The position numbers and the translations under genes were made by a program. Below are positions 21,601 through 33,075 of a DNA stretch of 36,719 nt, piece after piece (within the stretch, counting starts at the first letter, position 1; each line of letters starts with the position of its first letter). The notes under the pieces are model-generated. The model did not search any database, was not told where the DNA came from, and saw only the letters and a list, made by a program, of their open reading frames with translations. Origin of the DNA: Catajapyx aquilonaris (Eukaryota); contig KZ538231.1 of the NCBI GenBank assembly GCA_000934665.2, forward strand, positions 62,001-98,719. Direction: 5' to 3'.

Positions 21601-23407
21601 CAATTCGAGTCACATCCTGAAACCGTGCAACCCAACATCCTCGACGACCCAACTCCTTTGAGAGCCATCTTCTCCGAACTGAAAGTATGAAAATCTCAGC
21701 AGCTTTCAAAGTCCCTTTCATTGGTCTCATCTTGTCACTAAACAGAATTCCTGTAAACAACGGAAACGTTCAGAACTCCTTTTCGGCTTTCTTTATGAAA
21801 CGAAAAAAAAAATAAGGAAGCCCGAAAAGAAAGGGGGTCCCCCTTTGTGCAAGACCTTCATAAGAGGAATACAGGTCAGAGCCATCAATATGGCTTCTTT
21901 CTAAAGTCGAGCGAATGGAACATCCGGACTCTTTGGCACGCAGGCAACTTCTGATAGCAGTGATCAGCACTATCCGCTATATTTTCTCCATAATGGCTTC
22001 GAGGTGATCAAAATTTGGCCAAATTTATGCACCCTCTTTAGACATGCGAGGGCATCAAGAAATTAAGATGAAGCTCACCTCAGAGATTATACTGTGTCGT
22101 ACCCATGCTGTCAATGCTTCTCCACCGTCGGCATCCTCCATGCTAATACGGCCCATTTCTCTTCATCCCTTAGCCCACTTTGTCCTCTTCCTCTCCTATA
22201 ACATAACCGGAAGGGAAAGGTTGTTGGGGATAAATTACAGAGAGCGGTCGCAGATGCAATCCGATCCCACTTTTCAACTTAATGGCATTTGCAAGTGGGA
22301 AACAGAAGCTCACCCATGAAGGAAGAGCCGCATGGTGGTAGGGTGATTGTCCACACTTGCTACTGGAAGAGGGGGGGTGATTTGTAACGTTTTGTCCTGG
22401 AAATATGGCCGGGACATCATGCAATTGGCCATTCTTTGCAGGTGGAATTTTCTAGGAGCAATTTGCTAATCTATGCGGATAACACTTGATCTATCTTCCT
22501 CAGCGTCAGAATATAAAGCGTGAGAGACGAGGGTTGCCAGCTTGTCTGTTTGCCACTTCTGGCAACACAAGGCGACATGTTAAAAGTAGCTTATCCAGGG
22601 CGCGCGATATGCCGCCAACTGATCCTCTTTTTCTCTCCCCCTTACACTCCCTCCCCGCACCCCAAAAAATGGAAGGTCCACCTGACAGCTCCCAGACTGA
22701 TGGAGGAGAACAAGCTCCACCAAAAAACTGGATTCCCCAACCGCTTCCCATCGCTAAAACTCTTAGCAGAATACATGCGCCCCCATTTTTATATCTATAA
22801 AATGGTATGTCGCCACCTTCTAGCACACCCTGTACACTATATAGTGAGTAATCTGGTCTGTAAGTAAAGGACAGTGTGGTCCAACTGGAGTGATTAATCG
22901 CTTCATTATTAACGTAGGGAATTGTCCCAGGCTTTGTATTTCCTGCTAAATATTTCAGAATTGGGAAGTGGTTTCATGATGCATTTCTTATCGTGGGTGG
23001 GGTGGTTGTCAATGAGCATTTTCCCACACTGGGGGCAGCCAGCCTGCCTCTAATTAAGCGGGCGGACGGACATCGCTCAATATCTCAACTATCAATCTAA
23101 ATGAAGGTTGCCGCTGCTACTTACCGACGACTATTCCACCTGGAAAAAAAAACCCGCCCCACTCTGGTCGAGCCAAAGCTCCACAACCTAATCCAACATT
23201 TACAACCCAATTTCATAACAGATTCTCTCTTAATAAGCCCAGGATCGTGAACAACTGATATAAACCCCCCAGGGGGACTACCAGTGTGTTTGTATCCTAC
23301 TATTTGTGTGTCCTGCTGTACTTAACGTTTATCCTTTTGTTTGCTTGTGACATTGGGTTATACTGCTCATTGTGGTCAATTTGTATTCAAATCAGGAGGT
23401 GCTTTAA

Positions 23408-23499
23408 CCCATACATGCCTGATTTTTTAGTTAAATTGTTAATAATTTGAGCGACTAACTGTACAAGTGTCCTACATGTAGGACGATGTCCTATCTGGG
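23408..23499. mobile_element. Miniature piggyBac-like element (TTAA-CCC...GGG-TTAA), 92 bp
   Basis: TTAA at 23404-23407 and 23500-23503, with CCC/GGG termini. Internal 16-bp palindrome GTCCTACATGTAGGAC. A related inverted copy lies at about 25791. Confidence 0.65.
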
Positions 23500-25641
23500 T
23501 TAACTACTGACATTTCTGATAATAATTTGAATTTTTTAAAAAGCACAATAGGCCTATGTGGCATACACCTCTCTATTAGGACTTGGCAGGATCCAGGGGG
23601 GGTCCTCCCTGGGGAAAATTTGCCAACTACACGCACAGGCGCATTCTGATACACGCTGGGAACTGTGAGCTAATAAAAAGCGAGCAATCCGTGCGAAATC
23701 GAACGGGAAGAGATGCGCTCAATTTGCATAGATCGAAGGATGCTGTCGTGTGCTGTGCCAAGTTAGATTGGAAAGCAAAACAAGAGAAAGAGAAGGAGGG
23801 GGTAGGCTACAAGTCAAGAGGGGGTAGGCATGAGGGGGGGGGGGTNGGGGGGTCTTGTGAAGTGGATTCCCAAAGAGAGGGCTCCAATCTTATTGGGCCG
23901 ATTACTGTTGCATGACGGGAAGGAAGCAGAGCGCCCTCTTGGGGGCTGCTGGACCTTCCAAGGATGCCCAACCAGCTTTAAAATTGCAATCGCTCCCATT
24001 GCAACCCTTCCACCTTACCCCTGCTGCCTAACCTTCCCTTCCCTTCCCTCCCCCAACTTCGCCTTTTTTCTACTGCAAAATCTCTTTTTCGCCACTCGAA
24101 AGGAGATTGGCATAAGGATGCCTGGCAAACTACTGATCCAGGAAGATAAGCGTGTTTCATAGATCATACTCTTGACGCAGACTATATCCCTAGATGCCAT
24201 CACTATAATGTAGTAATATCATCTGGGAATTGAGGCTGTATCGAAGGTGTTCTACAGTATATGGGAATAAACTGGGCTGGATTTACCTGCAGGGTAGTTC
24301 AAGTTGATGTGAAAAATTAAATAACATTAAAATGCACGCACTCGACATGATACTGACAATTATTATTACCAAATATTTTTAATTAAAATAATTTCACGAC
24401 TTCAGCTTCTTGCTTGCAGTTCTATGTACTGGCGGATAAGACCTATGTGTGACCTGAATCACTAATGTGTTATATTTCTGTATATTTGATAAATTGCTCT
24501 TTTCCTGAAACCTGGCACCTACTTCCCTTGCCCTAAAATGCTACGTGATCGACAGTACGACATATGACATGAATAGGGAAGCACCTGTCTGACCTCTTGG
24601 TTTTCCATCGCAGCACCAAAATACTCAAATTCATGAGTCAAAGTCACACTCAAATGGACATATAAAACGTATATGCAATTATTTGCATGTAATACTCAAA
24701 CTGACAGATATTGTCTGAAAATATAATAATAATCGAACACGAATAAGATGCTCACATTTACAATATATTTTAATTACAAATTCAGTTCCTGCATGGCTTA
24801 ATTGTCATTAAAAATTTCTGCGTCATATAACTGGATCTGCAGATCACATGCGCTAAGGACTCCTTTTTCTTTAACAAACTTTAACGTGCCATTTTCCACT
24901 TAATAATCAGAGATTTTTTTCTGAGCAGAGGAATAGTGCAGAATATCTCTTCAATAATGGGTCCAAATCTTTGATTGGTCCAATGAAGTGGCAAAATGTG
25001 AAGACTCTGAAAATGCTCCCCCCCTCCTTCACTCTTCTTTCCTTTTTTTCTCGCAAATGAGAATCTGGGGGGAATCTTCCCCCATCTTTTTTTTTCCTCC
25101 CGTTGTTAGCCTACTCTTCCTTCCTAACTTCAAAATGGAATAAGAACGGAGGGAAAAAAACGAAGAAAAAAAAAGTTTGACTGCCGATGACAACTCAGTT
25201 TTTTTTAATTTCCCTCACGTCTCTTGCTTCCCCCATTCTCCATCTTCTCAACCCTCCCCCCTAAAAAAAGTAATTTCATACGTAATAATACCCCTCCTTA
25301 TCAGCCTTCCACCTTGTCACTATCGGAGCAGCGAAAAACTATTTCAGCGCAAAATGTATACAACCGGCGATTTTTGGACCCATTGTGAAATAAGTCGGCT
25401 TTCGAAAAGGAGAGAAATAAGAAGCTGAAGCTGGAAGCAATTCCATAATCGCGCTGGAGGTCGATATAACCTACAAGTTATTGATCCCCTCCCCCTTTTT
25501 TTCCACCCCCTCCCCTCCCCCTTCCACCATCCTCCTCTCTCCAACTAGTTTATTTCTTGCTATTGACTTTCGTCGTAACGGATATTGCAAAAATGGAAAT
25601 GGACTTTTCCTCCCCCGACATTTATGAATTAGACGCCGGAT

Positions 25642-25666
<25 letters not shown>
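25642..25666 (+). repeat. (AG)12 microsatellite
   Basis: Direct reading. Confidence 0.95.
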
Positions 25667-25672
<6 letters not shown>

Positions 25673-25790
25673 CGCGGGCTGTTCTTCTGGGCCTGCTTCC
25701 AAAATAAAGGCAGGACCACATCAGCAATCGTCCTTTGGTGACATTTTGGACACTTTGTCCCAACTGCAGCATTAATTGCAAAAACATTAA

Positions 25791-25850
25791 CAATATGCCT
25801 AGCGTCCTATATGTAGGACACTTGTACAATTTTTAAAGTTATTTGCTCAT
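25791..25850. mobile_element. Truncated second copy of the piggyBac-like mini-element, opposite orientation
   Basis: Follows TTAA at 25787-25790. CGTCCTATATGTAGGACACTTGTACA (25803-25828) is the reverse complement of 23460-23485 at 25/26 identity. Confidence 0.6.
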
Positions 25851-27933
25851 AAAATATGCAAAAAATTAATTAATATTGCATTGTTATTGGGCCTACAGCT
25901 TCCTATAGACACCTTTGTTGGTCTCACTGCAAAACTATTTCTCAGAGTGTATCCGCTTGGAAATCACAGGATGTAAATCTACTGATCCGGAAAATGAAAA
26001 TAGAAATTGCCAATGAGTCCTTCTCTCTTTTTTACACTCCTGGACCCAGCTTATTTATGAGTTGGTTGACTCAGCACATACACCATTTAAGGTCGACTAA
26101 TCCAAGTCGCGAGTGATATTCCTCTCCCTCCACCCTCTGGACCATTTCCTGTAATTCGAAGGAATACTCCCCAAAAAAACACAAGAGGATCAGTCTTTTT
26201 TTGGAGGGGGGAAATGGGGGAATGTCCCCCCCTGATGAATCCTCGAGTCCAATTTTTGTGTGTGTGACCATTCCTGCAGGCTTCCCTAATAGGCGGGTCA
26301 CCTTCCCAATATGGTTTGTTTCTCTCTTCTCCACTCTCCCTTCAGGACAAAGTCATTTTTCATGTTTCTAATCCGCCGGTCCACACTGCGGCCCAGTAAT
26401 GTCCGAGTGACTAATCTTCCATTTGGATTTTCTTCTTTTCCTTTTTTTTTTTTTGTCTCCTCCACTTCCCCGTCTCTAGCAACCTTTTTTTTCCCTCTCT
26501 TTTCGCCTCTTTTCTCATTGTCCCCTCCGCCTGTATAAAAATGGATTCCAGTTATTGCGTTCCCATGGCAACTCCCTGATATTGAAATAGATGACGTCAT
26601 TCGGCCCTTGAGTGATTTTGAGTCCTATACTTGGCAACGTTTTTTTTTTCCAAAGCAACAAAGATCTATGAGTGGTTATTACTAATCAACGACGCGTAAG
26701 CATAGGTATGTGCTTGGCTTTTTGTATCGAACGCAGGTGTCACATTTATATGGGTGTGGGGAGGACAAAGTTGATATTTATGAGGCATATCCGGTCGATT
26801 TCTCATTACGGCCATAAATTTGGCGCCACAAAAGGTAAGCAATTGCGCTACGGGAAGTGCCAAGTGTGCACTAAACTAGCTGCAAGCCAGAATTAATCGC
26901 CTTCTCTTTCCTTCTAGTTACAAGCTCCAATCAAATGCTCGCACCTGATGGAGGCTCAATATGTTCGGTGTCACCTGAATCTGCTTAGTTACGGATTGTT
27001 TGCCCCAGCAACCCCCATGTTGCGCTTCTTAATAATGCGTCAATGACCTGTGTCACTGTAGCAGGAAAGCATAAATTTGCGCCCCTCATAACTTCTACGC
27101 ATAATTATTGAACGATCTCGTCAAAGTCAGGTAATTCGGGGGTTTGGCTAACACGAGGATGATGTATGGCGAATGGAGAGAAAACTTGATTGAGACAATA
27201 AATAAAGAGGGTGCACCTATATGGAGGGGGAAAAAATACTGTACTTCAACGCTTGGGACGCTAATTTACATGTAACATTTTAATTATATAATTCTGAATC
27301 ATATATTCACACACACTGGTACTGTAATGAGGAATAAATACACAGGGTGGTGCATTGCCCAAATGGATTTGCATTATTTCAAGGTCACTACCTTACTTGC
27401 AAAATTAGTAGTTTTGGCCTACGTGCTTTTTTATGTCGGTTGATGTTTCTTATTGAATTGGTAATATGTATATTCTTCTATGGTGCCTTGGGGATTTGGC
27501 GTTATCGATGCTATAATTACTTCACTCTATGGAATTAACCCACAGACATAATTGCGTAACCGTCCAATTATAAGCTCAAATTCTGAAGTGGTACAAACAT
27601 ACCTGGACAAACCTATTGGAAACAACCAGTTGGGAGGTCCAATTTACATCCGAACAAAAAAAATATAATACTGTTATTATATTCGGTTTACTCCTTGTTT
27701 TTTTTTTTGCCGCCTGGATTTTCTCTCTCCCGAAGTTCAATGGCACAGCAAAAAAGGGACGTGTGGAAGGAAAAGAGCGGTCTTTCCGCTTGATCTGCTG
27801 TGTCTTAAGGGTTTTGTTTGGTCAGAGTCAAGGCCGCAGAGGTATCACCTGTGTAATGAGCGCGAGATTAGTCATAATTACACGGCGGATTTGATCACGC
27901 CAGCCAGACCCCAGCCGATTTGGGCTCCAGCCA

Positions 27934-28279
27934 CAGGGTGTCCCATACATTTGCAATGTCCTAACATGATCAGCCGATAAAAATAATAAATTCATAAATG
28001 GAGAATTATTTTTTTGTTTTAAAAACAACTTCAGGAGACGTCAACTAACTTGTATAAGATAATCCAAAGTGTTTACCTTGCACTTGTTTACATGTTAGTG
28101 ATGACAAAAATTCCAGGCTTGCTGGCTCATTTTTGTAACGTTCATATCCGACCATAGAGAAGAAAAATGCAATTAGTGGTGTAAATAACTGTAAATTGCC
28201 AAAATTTTGATTTTTCAATGATATACGTTAAAATTTACAGGACTTTCCGAGTAAAAATTGGAAGCGATGGCACACCCTG
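27934..28279. mobile_element. Old Tc1/mariner-type MITE, about 346 bp
   Basis: CAGGGTGTCCCAT ... ATGGCACACCCTG inverted termini with an AT-rich interior. Flanks are CA/TG rather than TA. Confidence 0.6.
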
Positions 28280-30761
28280 TGAAGTAGGCTGGATTTTTGG
28301 AGCCCGGTCCTATGGGCGAGGCGTGCAAAGACACGACGGGTAATTTCCCAGTCGGAAAAACGTAGCCCTGAGTCACATTTGCCGGCCCCAGCTCTTTGTC
28401 CAGCAGAAGGATAATTGCAATGGCTAATCACCGTTTTCCACACAAGGGAAATGATGCCTGGAAGAATATGCCCCCCCACCCTCCCTCCTTCCCCAGTCCT
28501 CCCCCTCACCAAAAAACAGGTTATATCTCAAAATCGGTGAGTAATTAAGATTAGACGGTGGTCATTAGGCGCTTGGAGACGCCGACTGTTGATTTCAAAG
28601 AACTGGGCATAAATGGTTGCTAATTACCCACCTCGGTTGATTTAGAGTCGGCTGATTATGGCCGCTAAAATGTGTTTTGTATTCCCCCGACTCAATTACG
28701 GTCCGCTTGTGTGAAAGGAAGTGCGCAATAAATGCTGTAAACCACATGGCTCCCAACTTATCATTAGCCTTATTATTATTATTCTGATTATTAGCATTAC
28801 GTATCAAGGATGCCTTTCTCTCCACGGCGCCACACTAAATACTATTCAGTCCTGAACTTTTCGATATATGAAAAATGTATTACAACTGTCTCATCCTTTT
28901 TACTGCATATATTGATAATTGCATATTCTCAAGGTGAAATGTGTCGCAATTGGTAGATTTCAATTGGCTGGGATAATAACAATGCGGGTTGAGCGATTAG
29001 TCCTGAGATGACAAAGGGGTTGGTTGGTTGTGGGTAAGAATTAGCGATGAAGGTGGAATAATTAGCCAGAAGCTGGTGCTCTTCATGTTGCCTTCAGATA
29101 TTAATGCTTCCCCTGAAGGCGTGGGAATTATAGCAAGCCACACACACGGAAGGACAAAAAAAAACATGGTGGGCATCAATAAATAACTGTGGATGTCTGC
29201 TTCAATTTTTCATCAGAGTCCGAAGTATAAGCCTGCCATTGCTTTTAATTAATTAATGGTATACGTCGAACGCCTATAAGACTACCCTCTATAGAGGGCA
29301 TTCTGATGCAGTTTCTCGCATATCCAAAGCCAGTAACACCTCCAGCTATTCAAAAGTGCTCGATACGTCGTATATCCATGGAGGGGAAGGCTCTCGACCT
29401 TTTCAAATGAATAATATTGTTGTGACACCTTTCATCTCCTGGGTGCGCAGTATACTGCCGCATCTATATTTGGGTGTGAAAGCCTTTCCCGTCTGCGCGT
29501 CATATTTTTGTGACGGGAAAATTAGCATGCAAATTGCGCCTTGTGTGTATGTCGAATTACGATGTCGATTGATGAGAGCGCTTGATGTTATATTTTTGTC
29601 TTGTACAATAACATGTTTACCTGTAAGGCATTATGTGGATCGAGCCAGAAGGAAAACGAGACGTGGGATTCATATGTTCCTGCAAGTGTAATAATTTTGT
29701 GAGTTGGAACAACACTTAATTTTGCACGTAAAATCAGTATATATTAATTATTAAATTATGTGCATTTATATTTCTTTATGATATTAATATATTATATATT
29801 ACATGTGCTGGTTTTTAATGCAACTTGAGTGTTGGGCAGCAACATATATGACGCGGAGAAAACACGGAGAAAAATTAATATTAATAACTAATTTTGAAAT
29901 AAATGAAATACTGATCTGCCAACTAATATTGGTCCATAAATTTTGGTTCACCCTGTATTAAGTTATGATAACATGTACACTACACTCCGTGTAAATGAAT
30001 CACCGTTTTGCAGCCAACGTGCCATTTTCTTGCGATAACGAGTGATTGACAGGCCTGAAAGAAAACCTGGCATGCAATCCGCGAGACTGATCGTCTCCAG
30101 CTTTCATTATCAATCTCTCCTAGCATACACCGCATGTAGCCTTCGAAATCAGTCCACTAACACCCTGTAGTCGCAAAAATTACGCCAATTAGATCCACCA
30201 GCATATTTTAGCACAAAATTATCCTGTTTGGCAATATCGAGTCATGATCGGGCAAAACCGGACCCAAGTTGGTGTGCATTCCGAGTGTCCCCTGAGCACA
30301 AGGACCACTGGAAGGACAAGATGTAGTGGGAGTCAAGTGGTGGGATGGGGGAGATAAAAGGGACTGGGTTTTATTCCCCACCCCAGCCCATCCTGGACCA
30401 ACTTCTTTCAGCAAAAAATAAATATATAAATAAAAAAAAAGCTGGATTGCAGCAAGGTTTGTAGGCAACCCCGCCCCTCCAATCCTCTCCCCATTACGCA
30501 TATCCAGGTAGAATATAGGTCCAGGTGTGCAGGGGACATTAGCGATGCACAGCACGACTAATTCCCCTTTGTCAGTCTTTTTTGGGACCTCCAGACCCAG
30601 CTCACGACATTCGTGTCCGGACAGATCCGACTTTTGTCACCGGCGCACTCCCTAATATGCAACAACGAAACTGATATGTGGCCAGATTACTTCCACTCTT
30701 ATTATCTCATCTTCACTACAGCATCCGGATCAGGTCTAAACATCGCTGTTGAGAAGCACGC

Positions 30762-30960
30762 TGTAACTTGGAGGCGGTACAGTATTTTGTTATCAACAAA
30801 TACCGTCTACAGTACTGACTTGTAGATGGTATCCAAGTTAGTACATGAATAGGTCGTGATGTACCAATTTCAAGTCAGTACATCTGAATGGGCTGTCTAC
30901 AAGTAAGTACCGTAGACGCTATTTTGTTGGTGGCAAAATAGCACCTCCGGAATCGTTACA
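30762..30960. mobile_element. Fold-back (palindromic) MITE-like element, about 200 bp
   Basis: TGTAAC...GTTACA ends. Arm TATTTTGTTATCAACAAATACCGTCTACAGTACTGACTTGTAGA matches the reverse complement of the other arm, TATTTTGCCACCAACAAAATAGCGTCTACGGTACTTACTTGTAGA. Confidence 0.75.
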
Positions 30961-32720
30961 TGCTGAATAGTGCACTGGATCGAACAAAAGTACTATGAAA
31001 GTGAGGAATAAAATCGGCAAAAAATTTACGCTTTTCAGCGATTGCATACATGATAGTCCAACCTCGCATTGTTATTATATGGAGACACATTTCCAGACGT
31101 GCTGATAAGTATTCAGCCGGGCTTGCACTTTTAATTATACACCGCGTACAGAGGGGGTGGTGATAGGTTGGAAAGGTTTCAGATATTCATCACCCAGACG
31201 TACAGAGGATGGCAAGGTAATGCGTGGTAAGTGCCGCATTAAATACCGGTGTTCGTATCAATAATGACACGTAATTGCTATCCGAAAAAAGAGCCGACTT
31301 ACTGAAAATATGGGAAAAGCTGTCGCCAAAACTCACGCTCCGGCTCAAAATTACAAGTACCTTTTCTTTCATTTTTTTTTCTCTCTACCCAGCAAGAGTT
31401 ATGACCGGGGGCAAAAACAGATTGCAATTAGATTGGTAAAATAAAGCTGATGTCCGTTTCTTGTCTGGGTGACAGGGTGTGAAATGCTGTAAATGAGCAG
31501 GTTCGTTCATGAAGGTAAATTTCTTAGAGTATGGGTAGCGAAGATGCTAGTAGAGGCCACTCTTCTCTCAGCACCTTTTGTGCGGCGCAAGATAGAAGAA
31601 AAGCAAGAAAAGAGAGGCCTCCTTCATTATCCCCCTCCCTCCCTCCCCACCTTCCCCATTCTCCTCCTTCCTTCTTTTGCAGGTCTTTTCAGGGGGCCCT
31701 CCGAAACACAAAATTGGGTCTGGCCACAAAGAGGAAGAAGCGCCTCCATTCCCTCTGCCCCTTATTATTGTATAATCCTTGAAAATATTGCCCAAGCAGA
31801 CTATTGCGGGGGTTAACTAACACGGAAAGGAACCTCTTTCCACTGTGCTTTGTTGCTTACCGCACGCACCTTGATGCACGCTTCTAGAAAAAGGAAAACC
31901 AGAAGTGTTGCTGCCGGAATAAGACGCCAGCTTTCAACGATAGGTCGAAGAATAGTGTGCAATATTGATACTTCAAGCATTGTACCAGATGGCGCGCACT
32001 GCACACTACTGCCCTCTACGTGATGTGTGGGAACTATATGCACATAGTTGATGAGTCAACACCTAGCCAATTTTATTAACTTCCCGTACTAACCACAATA
32101 TAATATGTCATATTGTCATGTAACAGTAGATTAACGGCGGTTTTTTTTCTCAAGCTGTTTCCTTTCTCACCCCAAGTATAGTATTGCTTGGGTGGGGGTG
32201 AATTGATTGGTGGGCAGAATTTTCTTGTAAGGTAGGGCAGCCGGAGCGTTGCTAAGCCCCCCCACCATCTCCACCCCCTCCTTCCCCCTCCTGTGAGAAG
32301 CCAAGGATAATTGCAGAAAATTACACATCAAAAGAAGTCCTAATTACAAAGTTATAATTATAGTTCTTTCATGTCTCAATAGCAGAGAAGGAAAGATTCT
32401 CGGAGCCTCGGCCCGCTCTGCCCTTCTATCACACTCCCATCTCAAGGCTCCTCCGGTATAATTAGGCGGCTTCATAATGCCATCTTCTCCCGTAAACAAA
32501 TATGATTGCCGACCAGCCAAGAATCGAAGATGGACTATAGGGCGGCAGCCACCACACTGTATGCCAGCTAAGCTTTTTGGGGGCTTTTATGGCTCCTCCG
32601 AGGGCCGTCCGCATGAAAACTGCTAGCACTCTTAACACACCCTCAAGCAAGACACTTTTCTCTATCAATTTTTTGGAAAAGGTGGAGAAGATATGCTCGC
32701 AACATTTCATATTGTAATTA

Positions 32721-32824
32721 TCTATATTTATATAAAAGGGAAAGTTTGTATGTTTCTGGGCTACCTAACCCACTTCTAGACTATACAGAGCAGCTGAAAC
32801 TTAGCACACTAGTAGGCCAGCTAA
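32721..32824 (+). mobile_element. 5' fragment of a non-autonomous Helitron
   Basis: A|TC start, then TCTATATTTATATAAAAGGGAAAGTTTGTATGTTT and GCTGAAACTTAGCACAC, resembling the common invertebrate Helitron 5' signature. No CTRR 3' end found. Confidence 0.55.
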
Positions 32825-33075
32825 CACTCTCAAACATTTTCGAGTATTTTTCCACTCTTTTCCACTTGATTTGAATCCCACTCGTTTTTCGTGAAAATCA
32901 CTCGATCTCTTGAGTGATCATTTCACTCACTGAAAGAGTAGTCTCTCACTTATTTTCGCTCTTCTTCATATCTGAGTTAAAGTAAAATCTTTGCCGAGGG
33001 AAATTCACTCAAAAATAGCACTTTGTGAAATTGCTCCTTTTTGAACGAAATTTTCACTCGATTTTTTTTAGAGTA
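32825..33075. mobile_element. CACTCT-ended MITE, copy 2 (inverted relative to 3180-3439)
   Basis: TGAAAGAGTAGTCTCTCACTTATT and GAGTTAAAGTAAAATCTTTGCCGAGGGAAATTCACTCAAAAATAGCA are near-exact reverse complements of blocks in 3238-3342. Confidence 0.85.

Noticed and set aside
29930..29958. Orphan CACCCTG-TA Tc1-like end
   Set aside because: No partner TIR could be paired with confidence.
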